Assembly: GCA_964443295.1 (NCBI GenBank) | Contig: CAYUCH010000001.1 | Location: forward strand, 57,456-121,455 | DNA: 64,000 nucleotides | Reading direction: 5' to 3' | From: an uncultured Desulfobulbia bacterium | GTDB taxonomy: Bacteria > Desulfobacterota > Desulfobulbia > Desulfobulbales > CG2-30-60-27 | Part shown: piece by piece, positions 29,635 to 39,742 of the stretch | Position numbering within the stretch: the first letter of the stretch is position 1 | Layout of the letters: each line of letters begins with the position of its first letter | Program-made: the position numbers and the translations under genes | The notes under the pieces: generated by a model | The model's input: the letters and a program-made list of their open reading frames with translations, nothing else | What the model was told of the DNA's origin: nothing | Database searches by the model: none

Positions 29635-30740
29635 ATGCTGTAACCAGTGCTGCAGAAAACATAATGTACCCAACAAACAACCCAATCGGCGACCTGGTCC
29701 GCACCCATCTGGCCTCACCGGCCAGCGACATAGTGAATGGCGTATTAGCCATCGGCGCATTGCTTGCCCTCGTCGGACTCACCCCCGTCGCTCTCATCTG
29801 GCTGGAACGTAAGGTCTGCGCTCATTTCCAGGCCCGTCTCGGTCCCATGCGGGTTGGTTGGCACGGCCTCATGCAACCCCTGGCCGATGGAATCAAATTA
29901 ATGTTCAAAGAGATATTGAAACCCGAGGGTGCCGACTCCTTTCTTTTTTTTCTGGCCCCCATTCTGCCGGCCACCGGTACGTTTCTGGTGCTCACGGTAA
30001 TCCCCTTCGACCATCACCTCCAACTTGCAGATCTGGATGCCGGCGTCCTTTTTGTTATCGCCGCCTCGGGCTTAAATGTATTTGGCGTCCTTTTAGCCGG
30101 CTGGGCCTCAAACAATAAATATTCCCTGTTGGGTGGCATCCGGGCTGGAGCACAAATGATCTCCTTCGAGATTTCCCTGGCCCTCATCATGTTACTGGTG
30201 GTCCTTTTAAGCGGCACCGCCTCTTTGCGCGAAATTGTTCTTTCCCAGCAGGGCAATATTTTCGACTGGTGGCTCTTCAAGTTTCCGTTGTTCGGGGCCG
30301 TCTCTTTTTTGATGTATCTTATCTCTTCCACCGCCGAATTAAACAGAGGCCCCTTTGACATTGTGGAGGCCGAATCCGAGCTCACCGGAGGCTTCACCAC
30401 CGAGTACTCGGGTATCAGTTTTGCCATGTTCTTCCTGGCCGAATTTGTCAACATGTTTGCCTCGGCTGCTTTGGCCACCACCTTTTTCCTGGGAGGCTTT
30501 CTGGCGCCCCAATTCGGTTTCGCCCCATTGGACACTCTCTTGAACAACGTACCTGGAGTGATTTGGTTTTTCCTGAAATCCTACGGCATTATTCTTTGCT
30601 ATATGTGGTTTCGCTGGACATTTCCCCGCCCCAGGGTGGATCAAGTCATGATTCTGGAATGGAAAATTCTGCTGCCCATTAATCTCTTTCTGCTTTCCAT
30701 GGGTGGGCTTTTCATGGCAATGGGGTGGATCATCAAATGA
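29631..30740 (+). CDS. nuoH: NADH-quinone oxidoreductase subunit H
   Basis: Carries ERKVCAHFQARLGP, the GPFD...AESEL motif and TEYSG. Confidence 0.9.
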   Translation: MNAVTSAAENIMYPTNNPIGDLVRTHLASPASDIVNGVLAIGALLALVGLTPVALIWLERKVCAHFQARLGPMRVGWHGLMQPLADGIKLMFKEILKPEGADSFLFFLAPILPATGTFLVLTVIPFDHHLQLADLDAGVLFVIAASGLNVFGVLLAGWASNNKYSLLGGIRAGAQMISFEISLALIMLLVVLLSGTASLREIVLSQQGNIFDWWLFKFPLFGAVSFLMYLISSTAELNRGPFDIVEAESELTGGFTTEYSGISFAMFFLAEFVNMFASAALATTFFLGGFLAPQFGFAPLDTLLNNVPGVIWFFLKSYGIILCYMWFRWTFPRPRVDQVMILEWKILLPINLFLLSMGGLFMAMGWIIK

Positions 30741-31183
30741 AGTATATCAGCAAAATATTTCAAGGATTCAGCTCTCTTACCAAGGGCATGCGCCTCACCA
30801 TGGGCTATTTACTGGACCCACGCAAAACCGTCACTCGACAATATCCAGAAAACAGAGAGACCCTCACCATGTTTCCCCGGTTTAGAGCAAGCCTGGTTAT
30901 GTTTCGAAACGATGAGGGCGACCACTTATGTACGGCCTGCGGCTTATGCGAGAAAGCCTGCCCCAACGGCACAATTTCCATGCTGACCACCAAAAACGAC
31001 CAGGGCAAAAAAATCCTCGGGAAATACGTATATCGTCTCATGCAATGCACTTTATGCAATCTATGCGTAGAAGCCTGCCCTTTTGGAGCCATTGGCATGG
31101 AGCAGGATTTTGAACTGGCTGCCTACAGTCGAGATGATCTCATTTACGTACTCTACGATTATACTGAAGGGGGGAAACCATAA
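30725..31183 (+). CDS. nuoI: NADH-quinone oxidoreductase subunit I (2x[4Fe-4S])
   Basis: Has two ferredoxin motifs, CTACGLCEKACP and CTLCNLCVEACP. Confidence 0.9.
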   Translation: MDHQMKYISKIFQGFSSLTKGMRLTMGYLLDPRKTVTRQYPENRETLTMFPRFRASLVMFRNDEGDHLCTACGLCEKACPNGTISMLTTKNDQGKKILGKYVYRLMQCTLCNLCVEACPFGAIGMEQDFELAAYSRDDLIYVLYDYTEGGKP

Positions 31184-31716
31184 TGGAAGATATCCTGTTT
31201 TATTCCTTCGGCGGGCTCCTGGTAATTTTTTCAATATTAGTAGTGATGACCCCTAATCTCCTGCACGGGGCCATTGCCCTAGTGGCCTCCTTTTTCATGA
31301 CTGCCAGCCTGTATCTCCTTTTCCAGATGGAATTCGTGGCCATTGCCCAAGTTATGATCTATATCGGTGGCATTGTCATCTTTGTGGTAATCACCATACT
31401 TCTTACCACCCGGCTGGGAGAACTCCACAACCCACCAACCCAGAAACAGAGACTGTGGGGGTTTTTCGTAGCCTCCACTCTCCTGGTGATGCTCCTCTCT
31501 GTGCTTATCAACCAGGACATTATCCAAACAATCAACCAACAGACCGCAGCGGCAACATCGGCGGACCTGGCCACCATCGGCACTCGGCTCCTCCAGCCGA
31601 CAACCGGCGGCTTCATCGTTCCTTTCGAATTAGTGTCTGTGTTGCTTCTTATTGCTCTCATCGGGTCGGTGGTCATTGCTCGTAAAGAGACGAGAAAGGG
31701 CGAGGAACCAACATGA
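31183..31716 (+). CDS. nuoJ: NADH-quinone oxidoreductase subunit J
   Basis: 177 aa, hydrophobic. The call rests on its position and a NuoJ-like pattern (VMIYIGGIVIF). Confidence 0.8.
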   Translation: MEDILFYSFGGLLVIFSILVVMTPNLLHGAIALVASFFMTASLYLLFQMEFVAIAQVMIYIGGIVIFVVITILLTTRLGELHNPPTQKQRLWGFFVASTLLVMLLSVLINQDIIQTINQQTAAATSADLATIGTRLLQPTTGGFIVPFELVSVLLLIALIGSVVIARKETRKGEEPT

Positions 31717-32018
31717 ACTTGACCAATTGCCTCATACTTTCCACCATATTGCTCTGCATTGGTGTCTTTGGCGTAATCACCCGGCGAAATTTCATCGGCA
31801 TCCTCCTCTCCGTTGAGATAATTCTTAATGCAGCCAATATAAATTTCATCGCCTTTGCCCGGTTCAGTGCCAGCGACTCCACTGCAGGCGCGGTGTTCCC
31901 TGTGTTTGTCATGGCCATATCAGCCTGTGAAATGGCCGTTGCCCTGGCCATCATCATTGCCATGTATCGTAAGAAGAGACATCTGGACAGCCGGCTACTT
32001 GGTGAACTCCATGGATAA
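31713..32018 (+). CDS. nuoK: NADH-quinone oxidoreductase subunit K
   Basis: 101 aa with 3 TM segments and the conserved-Glu context EIILNAANINF...ACEMAVALAI. Confidence 0.85.
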   Translation: MNLTNCLILSTILLCIGVFGVITRRNFIGILLSVEIILNAANINFIAFARFSASDSTAGAVFPVFVMAISACEMAVALAIIIAMYRKKRHLDSRLLGELHG

Positions 32019-33975
32019 CTTTTTCATATCCCATAGCTACCTGACGCCATTGCTGCCCCTGGTCTCTTTTCTTATCCTCGGGCTTGTGATCGGCGGGAAA
32101 AATCGTCGGGCTTCCACCCTTGTCGCATTGACTCTGTCCCTCCTGTCCATGCTTTCCGCCTTTGGAGTGGCATGGGCTTATTTCCGAACCGTCTTGAAGC
32201 ATCCTGAAACATATCCGGACAAAACCATCATCGCCTTTGACTACCAATGGCTTAACTTCACCCCCGACCTCACGGCCCATATCGGCGCCTATCTTGACCC
32301 AATTTCCGTCATGATGCTCCTGGTGATCACGGTCATTGCCTTTCTGGTAAGTATCTACTCGGTAGGCTACATGCATGACGATCCAGGATTCGGTAGGTTT
32401 TTTGCCCTCTTGAATCTATTCGCCTTTTCCATGCTGGGCCTGGTCCTCTCAACCAATCTCATACAGATCTTTGTTTTCTGGGAATTGGTGGGCGTTTCTT
32501 CTTATTCCTTAATAGGTTTCTGGTACGAAAAACCAAGCGCTGTGGCGGCAAGCAAAAAAGCCTTCATTGTCACCCGTTTTGCCGACGCGTTTTTCCTCAC
32601 CGGCATAATCACCGTTGCAACCCTGGCCGGCAGCTTTGATTTTCTGACTTTAAATTCTCCTCAAACAGCTGACCAACTCAATCAATCAACGCTCATTTTC
32701 GGCATGGATGTTAACTTGCTTGCCCTTGCCGGTCTGTTGATTTTTGCCGGCGGCTGGGGTAAATCAGCCATGTTCCCCCTCCATATCTGGCTGCCCGATG
32801 CCATGGAAGGACCGACTCCTGTTTCATCCATTATCCACTCCGCCACCATGGTTGTGGCCGGTGTATATCTTACAGCCCGCATGCTGCCACTTTTCGCTGC
32901 ATCCCATGTAGTTCTGGAAACTGTCCGTATCGTCGGTGTTTTCACCGCCCTCTTCGCCGGGGTTATTGCCCTGACTCAAAAGGACATCAAACGCATTCTG
33001 GCCTTTTCCACCCTGTCTCAACTGGGATACATGATGTTCGCCTTAGGGGCGGTACAAATGGCTGGAGACCATGCTGAACTCGGCCAGAACATCCTGGGAT
33101 ACAGCTCCTCAATGTTCCACGTTTTCACCCATGCCTTCTTTAAATGTCTCCTCTTTCTGGGTGCCGGTGCCATCATTCATGCCGTGCACAGCAATGACAT
33201 TGAGGATATGGGTGGCTTAAAAACAGTTATGCCATGGACTTACTGGTCACTCCTGGCTGCGTGCTTAGCCATTGCCGGGGTGCCTCCCCTTTCCGGCTTC
33301 TGGTCCAAAGATGCGATATTGCTCACAGCATTGCAATCAGGCCATTATGTCACTTTCGCAACCGGATTAGTAGTTGGCGGCATCACCGCCTTGTATATGT
33401 TCCGTTTCTTCTTTCTGATCTTTCATGGCCCATCAACCCCGGCCAAACTATCCATTAAAGAAGATCCATGGATGACTGTTCCCATAGTCATTCTGGCTAT
33501 TCCATCCTTGTTGATTGGTTATTTCAGTAAAGATTTCTTTTTCAACCAATTCCAGATTCCCATGTTTACAGGAGACCACCATGGCCACCACCCTGCCTGG
33601 CTTCCCATGGTGGCGTCGGCAATGGGTATCGCCGGGGTGATTTTAGCATGGATTTTCTATGGGCAAGGGAAAGTACAACTTGCTGAAAAATTGCGAGAAC
33701 GCTTGTCCTTCTTACACCGCCTGACCTTCAACAAATTTTATATTGATGAGATATATCTGTTTATCACCAAAAAAATAATTTTCGGGCTGGTTGCTGCGCC
33801 AATCAAGTGGTTTGACCGAAATGTGGTGGATGGCCTCATGAACGCAACTGCCTGGATACTTCAAGCCGGAGGCACCCTTGTCCGCTTGATTCAAAACGGC
33901 CAGTTAACCTTTTATCTTGGAGGTGCGGCCCTGGGCCTCATCTTCCTTTATATGTTTGGCGGATTACCGTTGTAG
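32011..33975 (+). CDS. nuoL: NADH-quinone oxidoreductase subunit L
   Basis: Antiporter-like subunit (WELVGVSSYSLIGFW, HAFFKCLLFLGAG) with a long C-terminal lateral-helix region. The start is at the ATG at 32011 (MDNFF); the track ORF begins inside nuoK. Confidence 0.9.
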   Translation: MDNFFISHSYLTPLLPLVSFLILGLVIGGKNRRASTLVALTLSLLSMLSAFGVAWAYFRTVLKHPETYPDKTIIAFDYQWLNFTPDLTAHIGAYLDPISVMMLLVITVIAFLVSIYSVGYMHDDPGFGRFFALLNLFAFSMLGLVLSTNLIQIFVFWELVGVSSYSLIGFWYEKPSAVAASKKAFIVTRFADAFFLTGIITVATLAGSFDFLTLNSPQTADQLNQSTLIFGMDVNLLALAGLLIFAGGWGKSAMFPLHIWLPDAMEGPTPVSSIIHSATMVVAGVYLTARMLPLFAASHVVLETVRIVGVFTALFAGVIALTQKDIKRILAFSTLSQLGYMMFALGAVQMAGDHAELGQNILGYSSSMFHVFTHAFFKCLLFLGAGAIIHAVHSNDIEDMGGLKTVMPWTYWSLLAACLAIAGVPPLSGFWSKDAILLTALQSGHYVTFATGLVVGGITALYMFRFFFLIFHGPSTPAKLSIKEDPWMTVPIVILAIPSLLIGYFSKDFFFNQFQIPMFTGDHHGHHPAWLPMVASAMGIAGVILAWIFYGQGKVQLAEKLRERLSFLHRLTFNKFYIDEIYLFITKKIIFGLVAAPIKWFDRNVVDGLMNATAWILQAGGTLVRLIQNGQLTFYLGGAALGLIFLYMFGGLPL

Positions 33976-34074
33976 AGGTTCCTGGTTTTTCGGAATCACA
34001 AGGGCAATTGCTCTATCCTAAACCTTTGAACCTTGAACCCTGAACGTTGAACCTGCAACCGGAGTATCGCTTAA

Positions 34075-35586
34075 ATGAACGGATCGACCCTATTAACATC
34101 AATCTGGCTTTTGCCATTTATCACCGCGTTTTGCACCCTACCGGTTGCCAGACACAACCATCGTCTCATCAAAAAAATAACCCTGGTGGGCACCAGCATC
34201 AATCTCCTGCTTATTATCGGACTGGTTGGCAAATTCATGACCAGTGCCGCACTCCATGGAACAGGAATGGGCTCACGCAGCACCATGTTGCACTTCACCC
34301 AGAAAGTCCCCTGGTTTCATCTAATGAACATCCAATACAATATCGGTGTAGACGCCATATCGGTGCTCATGATGTTACTCACAGGTATAGTCATTTTCTG
34401 CGGCGTCCTTGCCAGTTGGAATGTAGAAAAACAGGCCAAGGAGTTCTTTGCTTTGCTGAATGTCCTGGTGGGTGGAGTATACGGCGTCTTTATCTCCTTT
34501 GACCTTTTTACATTTTTTCTGTTTTACGAAGTGGCTGTTCTCCCCATGTACCTTTTAATAGGTCTCTGGGGTACCGGAAAAAAAGAATACTCGGCCATGA
34601 AACTCACTTTGATGCTGGTGGCCGGTTCTGCCTTTATTCTGGCCGGCATCCTGGCTCTCTATTTTGAATCGGGCATACAGACCTTTGATATTACCCTTCT
34701 TTCCCAGGTGGAATTTTCAAACGCTTTTCAGTCTTGGGTCTTTCCACTTATTTTTATCGGCTTTGGCGTTTTGGGGGCTCTTTTCCCATTCCACACCTGG
34801 TCACCAGACGGCCATGCCTCCGCCCCCACCGCGGTCTCCATGCTCCATGCCGGAGTATTGATGAAATTAGGCGGCTACGGCTGCCTGCGGGTTGCCATGT
34901 ACCTCATGCCTGAGGGGGCCCAATTATGGATGCCTGTTTTCCTCATCCTGGTCACCGTTAATGTTGTCTATGGCGCCTTTGGGGCCATTCGCCAGACCGA
35001 CCTGAAATACATAACCGCCTACTCCTCTGTCTCCCATTGCGGTTTGGTGCTTTTTGGTTTGACAGCAATGACCTACGCCGGTTTCAAGGGTGCAGTTCTG
35101 CAGATGATTTCCCACGGTTTAATGACCGCCCTCTTTTTCTGTCTCATCGGAATGATCTATGGCCGCACCCATACCAGGAATATTCACGAAATGGGTGGTT
35201 TGATGAAAGTGATGCCCTTCTTGTGTGTGAGCTTTGTTATTGCTGGTCTTGCTGGCCTTGGCCTCCCAGGCCTTTCAGGCTTTGTGGCGGAGATCACTGT
35301 GTTTCTCGGCGCCTTTGCCAACAGCAATCCTTTGAATCGAGTCTGCACTGTATTAGCGGTTCTCTCCATCGTGGTGACAGCGGTCTATATTTTACGAACT
35401 GCCAACTCGGTCATGAACGGCCCCATACGGCAATCATTTCAGGACTTGAAAGATGCCACTCTGATGGAAAAATTACCGGTCTCCATCTTGCTCTTTACAC
35501 TCTTTGCCATGGGATTATTGCCGGGTTGGATAATCAATTTGGTAAATGGGGCCATTGATCCCATTTATAACAATATAATGCGGTGA
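34075..35586 (+). CDS. nuoM: NADH-quinone oxidoreductase subunit M
   Basis: 503 aa, antiporter-like (FFLFYEVAVLPMYLLIG, HTWSPDGHASAPTAVSMLHAGVLMKLGGYG). Confidence 0.9.
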   Translation: MNGSTLLTSIWLLPFITAFCTLPVARHNHRLIKKITLVGTSINLLLIIGLVGKFMTSAALHGTGMGSRSTMLHFTQKVPWFHLMNIQYNIGVDAISVLMMLLTGIVIFCGVLASWNVEKQAKEFFALLNVLVGGVYGVFISFDLFTFFLFYEVAVLPMYLLIGLWGTGKKEYSAMKLTLMLVAGSAFILAGILALYFESGIQTFDITLLSQVEFSNAFQSWVFPLIFIGFGVLGALFPFHTWSPDGHASAPTAVSMLHAGVLMKLGGYGCLRVAMYLMPEGAQLWMPVFLILVTVNVVYGAFGAIRQTDLKYITAYSSVSHCGLVLFGLTAMTYAGFKGAVLQMISHGLMTALFFCLIGMIYGRTHTRNIHEMGGLMKVMPFLCVSFVIAGLAGLGLPGLSGFVAEITVFLGAFANSNPLNRVCTVLAVLSIVVTAVYILRTANSVMNGPIRQSFQDLKDATLMEKLPVSILLFTLFAMGLLPGWIINLVNGAIDPIYNNIMR

Positions 35587-37031
35587 TGAATATGATTGAT
35601 TTAGGAACAAACCTCCTCATCCTGCCGGAAATCTTCCTGTTTCTCCTGGCATGCCTGGTGCTGACCACGGACCTTATTCGTCAAAGACCGCTGTCCAAAG
35701 CACCATACACTCTGTCGTGGACTGGCCTGCTCCTTTTATTTTCTCTTCTGCTCGTGACACCACATGGCGAGGAAGCTACCTATTTTGGCACCTATCGGGT
35801 CACCGGTCTCTCCCTGTTTTTCAAACAGGTTTTCGTTTTTTCAGCGCTCTGCACCGTACTCCTGTCCCGCACCTATTTCGTTCCCGGAGGAAACTTTCGC
35901 GGTACCATGCACAATCAAGGAGAATTCTATACTATCCTGCTTGTCTGCACTCTGGGCATGTTTACCGTGGTAAGTGCGACTGATTTACTGACATTGTTTG
36001 TCGGCTTGGAAATGGCCACCATACCGCTCTATGTTCTCAGTGCCTTTTTAAAAGGGGATGACCATTCCGCCGAGGCTTCCACCAAATATATCATCATGGG
36101 ATCCCTTTCCACCGGCTTTCTCCTTTTTGGTTATTCATTTATATACGGCGCGGCCGGCGGAACCCAATTCGACCAGATATTGCTTGCTGCCCAGACTTCC
36201 CCTACAAATCCGTTATTAAACCTGGGGGTTCTTTTTGTGCTGGCGGCCATCGGTTTCAAACTGACCTTATTCCCTTTTCATATGTGGGCCCCGGATGTCT
36301 ATGAAGGTGCCCCAACCCCGGTGACCGCCTTTCTGGCCATTTCCTCGAAAGCCACAGCCATCGCTTTTTTAGTTATGCTTCTACACGGCCCCCTTGCCCC
36401 ATTGCTGCCAAGCCTACACTGGGTTCTTCTCCTGTTGGCCGCTGCCACTATGACCGTGGGAAACCTGGGTGCTTTACGACAAACAAACCTACGGCGTTTC
36501 ATGGCCTATTCCTCAATCGCCCAGGCAGGCTATATTGTCATGGCTTTGACCGGTACGCAAGCAATGGCCCAGTCATCCATCCTCTTTTACCTCTTCGTAT
36601 ACGCAGCGGCCAACTTTGCGGCCTTTTTCATAATTTCCCTGGTGGGTCAAAAACAAGAGGAAACATTTTCGGCCTTACGCGGTCTTGGACAACAACATCC
36701 AGGCTTGGCGTTAATCCTGATGCTTTCGCTTTTTTCTCTTGGGGGTATTCCGCCAATGGCCGGATTCATGGGAAAATTCTTGTTATTCGCCGCAGCAGCC
36801 GAGCAGGGATATTACTTCATGGTGGTCTTCGCGGCTTTAAACTCGACCATCTCGCTTTATTATTATCTGTTGCTCATCAAAGAAGCCTATATCAATGAAT
36901 CGCCAGCGGAACCACTGACTCTCAGTATAAACCTACATCAAAAAGCCAGCCTTGCCTTACTTACCATGGGCATGATCCTACCCGCCTTCTTGCCTCAACT
37001 ATTAGCTGCCATCACAAATAGTACCCCATAA
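35583..37031 (+). CDS. nuoN: NADH-quinone oxidoreductase subunit N
   Basis: 482 aa, antiporter-like (GLEMATIPLY, FHMWAPDVYEGAPTPVTAF). It is the last gene of the operon. Confidence 0.9.
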   Translation: MMNMIDLGTNLLILPEIFLFLLACLVLTTDLIRQRPLSKAPYTLSWTGLLLLFSLLLVTPHGEEATYFGTYRVTGLSLFFKQVFVFSALCTVLLSRTYFVPGGNFRGTMHNQGEFYTILLVCTLGMFTVVSATDLLTLFVGLEMATIPLYVLSAFLKGDDHSAEASTKYIIMGSLSTGFLLFGYSFIYGAAGGTQFDQILLAAQTSPTNPLLNLGVLFVLAAIGFKLTLFPFHMWAPDVYEGAPTPVTAFLAISSKATAIAFLVMLLHGPLAPLLPSLHWVLLLLAAATMTVGNLGALRQTNLRRFMAYSSIAQAGYIVMALTGTQAMAQSSILFYLFVYAAANFAAFFIISLVGQKQEETFSALRGLGQQHPGLALILMLSLFSLGGIPPMAGFMGKFLLFAAAAEQGYYFMVVFAALNSTISLYYYLLLIKEAYINESPAEPLTLSINLHQKASLALLTMGMILPAFLPQLLAAITNSTP

Positions 37032-37123
37032 AGGAGTATAAGCTTCGCATTCATCAACGGTGCCTGATGCAGGATTGTTTGGCTGAAGGAATCAAAATAC
37101 TGAGATTTGAAACAGATAGTCCG

Positions 37124-38968
37124 CTAGCGTGCCACATCAGCGAGTTCATCTGGCGCATCTTCCGTCACAGACCGGCCTTGCTGCCAACGGCTGGTGGCCA
37201 CAGATCCTAAAGCGGCCAATACACCGAATGAAAACACGCTCGCGATAAGCGGTATTCCATTTGAAGTGAACATGTCGTAAAAGAAAACTTTCGCAGCCCC
37301 GAATATTCCCACAATAACCGCCAGAGATACTGCTTCCATCTTTCTCTTTTTCAGGGACCAATAAAGCAGCGCAGCAGCGCCGATGTTGATTAGAACTGTC
37401 TGGCCACAACGAAAAGCATTTGTCGGATCTACCAGAAAGTTTACCAGGACAGAATGGAGGCTAAGCCGTAGACCAGCAAATGCTCCAATCAGCCCGGCAA
37501 CCAACAAAATTACAGCACTGGAATCTTTAACATCCAACCAGGAGAAATAGAGAGATCCTTCACTAGGAGGACTATTGCTCCTGCACCACTGGTATTGAAG
37601 AGTTGCCATTAATGCAAGAAGAAGAGCAAGTGGAATGCCGATAAACACTGGCAAAGCATCCACAGCCCAGGCACCGGAACTTATCGCTGCAAGGCAGGCG
37701 AACAATTGAAAAAGATAGGATGTTGCTCTCACCCCACCACTCTGCCATCGTTCTGAAAGAAGGACCAATAAAAAACCACCTACAGACCACAAAGGTAGCG
37801 CCCAGGTAACACCACCGGCTGCAAAAGGCAAGCCCATGCCTAATAAAATCACTCCTGCAACTACCAATGCATTGGTACCGGTTCCATCCCCTTTTCCCTT
37901 CTTTGCTAGAAAAGCAGCGCATAAAAAATACCCTAAAGCCAGAACAACCGTTAGAATGCCGGCTTTACTGGCAGTCCACTGCCACAGCACTGCAACGCTT
38001 ATGCCGCTAATGAATGCTCCAGTGGCATTTATTGAAGGGAGCAATGCATCATACACATTCAGGGACCCATCGCTGCGCCTGAACTGCACAAAGCTATAAA
38101 CGAATAACGTAGCGAACTGGATAAACAAAACAGGGAAGTACCAACCGGGATAAATAGTTGCGACGGGTGTCTCCCCTGCTTTTAAAGGAGTAAACATTTT
38201 AACCCACCATATGAGCCAGAAAAACATGAGAACCAGCAAAACTATCCAACGTAATGAATGGGTTACTTGGCGTCCGGAGGCCAGGAAGGCAATAAACATT
38301 CCGGCTAAAAGCATTAATCCTGTCGCGGGGAACATGGGATTGGGAAAATTAAGACTGAGCCCCACTAATACCGAACCAATGACACCAACAAAAAGCGGCG
38401 TCGATGTATTAAATCTAAGCCCAACAGCAGCCATGCCGAGCAAGGCCAGCAAAAGAACAATGTGGGAGGAAAAAGTGGACAGTATGCCAAAACGTGAATG
38501 GACTTCCAGTACAACTGTGAATAACAATAGATTACCGCAAACGGGGTATACCGGTGCAACGGCAGATTTTTTAGCATACAAGCGCCAGCCTAACAGGATT
38601 AAAGCTATGGAATAACTCAGACCTATAATGGAGCCAAGGTGGACGTTAATCATACCATTGTCGGTAACCGTCCGAAGAATAAGAGCGAATACTAAAAGGA
38701 AACAAATCGTTGCGAGGCGAGGCAAAAATGCATTTGCACCAGACCAATTTTTTGGTTGAAATGAAAGCAAATCCTCTTCATAATAATACTGGTCTGGGTG
38801 GTTGCCTGATTCAACCTGATACGGTGCTCCATTTTTTTCAATGGTCTCAAGACGACTTGTAACATTGTCCAGCTGTGTTTTTAACTGGCCTAGTTCTTCC
38901 ACAAGTTGGTTAATTACTTTTTCTTGAGAATTCTCTTTTCCGTTCTCGGCACCAATCATGCTTGCCAC
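37124..38968 (-). CDS. large polytopic membrane protein with an N-terminal coiled coil (possibly DUF2339-like)
   Basis: 614 aa. The N-terminal roughly 50 aa form a heptad-like helix (VINQLVEELGQLKTQLDNVTSRLETIEK), followed by about 16 hydrophobic segments. The family assignment is from memory only. Confidence 0.4.
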   Translation of the reverse strand: MASMIGAENGKENSQEKVINQLVEELGQLKTQLDNVTSRLETIEKNGAPYQVESGNHPDQYYYEEDLLSFQPKNWSGANAFLPRLATICFLLVFALILRTVTDNGMINVHLGSIIGLSYSIALILLGWRLYAKKSAVAPVYPVCGNLLLFTVVLEVHSRFGILSTFSSHIVLLLALLGMAAVGLRFNTSTPLFVGVIGSVLVGLSLNFPNPMFPATGLMLLAGMFIAFLASGRQVTHSLRWIVLLVLMFFWLIWWVKMFTPLKAGETPVATIYPGWYFPVLFIQFATLFVYSFVQFRRSDGSLNVYDALLPSINATGAFISGISVAVLWQWTASKAGILTVVLALGYFLCAAFLAKKGKGDGTGTNALVVAGVILLGMGLPFAAGGVTWALPLWSVGGFLLVLLSERWQSGGVRATSYLFQLFACLAAISSGAWAVDALPVFIGIPLALLLALMATLQYQWCRSNSPPSEGSLYFSWLDVKDSSAVILLVAGLIGAFAGLRLSLHSVLVNFLVDPTNAFRCGQTVLINIGAAALLYWSLKKRKMEAVSLAVIVGIFGAAKVFFYDMFTSNGIPLIASVFSFGVLAALGSVATSRWQQGRSVTEDAPDELADVAR

Positions 38969-39271
38969 CTGCCTTACTTCTCTCTGACAAATAAAAACCT
39001 TTATGGCTTCTAACGTTCAATAGATTTTTACTTTAATTCTAATAAGTTAACAGCAACAAAGAAGTATTTTGATTCTCAAACAAGCAAACTTAATGCATAG
39101 TTTTTTCAATGGAGAGCAAGAAATCTCTTTACAACTTGCGTTATTTTTACTCCTATTAATCTGCGTACCACAATGTCATACGAGGCGCAAGTTTTAATCT
39201 AAAATTTGAGTATAACTGATTTTTTTTTGATATCTTCAAGCTAACATTCAAATTGCAAAGGAGGTGTTATC

Positions 39272-39742
39272 ATGAGAAATCATGTGCTAAGGCCACTTTA
39301 TGTGGCTTTAGGAGTTGTGGCTCTGATCCTGTTGGCCCGGAGCATGATTGTTCCCCCTGATTTCAAGGCACAAAGAGGAGATTTCACCTTTGGTTTTCAT
39401 CGTGCAAGCAACGTGGATGAATGGAAAGCCGTCCCGATAAAATACCGTGGTAAAGAATCGTGTGCAGAATGCCACGAAGAAAATGTAGAAGAGCACGCAT
39501 CATCTCCTCACTCCACCATTGAATGCGAAAATTGTCATGGGCCAGCCATAAACCACCCTGACAATCCAGAAGCACTGGAAATTGACAAAAGCAGGGCTCA
39601 ATGCCTGCGATGTCATGCAGACCTTCCCTATCCGTCAAGTCACCGATCTGAAATAGCCGGCATAGACCCCGCAGATCATAATGCGTCGTCACAGTGTATA
39701 GAATGCCATCAACCCCATAATCCGGATCTGGAGAATATGTGA
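39272..39742 (+). CDS. membrane-anchored tetraheme c-type cytochrome
   Basis: Has an N-terminal anchor helix and four CxxCH motifs (CAECH, CENCH, CLRCH, CIECH). A strong RBS (AAGGAGG) precedes the start. Confidence 0.85.
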   Translation: MRNHVLRPLYVALGVVALILLARSMIVPPDFKAQRGDFTFGFHRASNVDEWKAVPIKYRGKESCAECHEENVEEHASSPHSTIECENCHGPAINHPDNPEALEIDKSRAQCLRCHADLPYPSSHRSEIAGIDPADHNASSQCIECHQPHNPDLENM

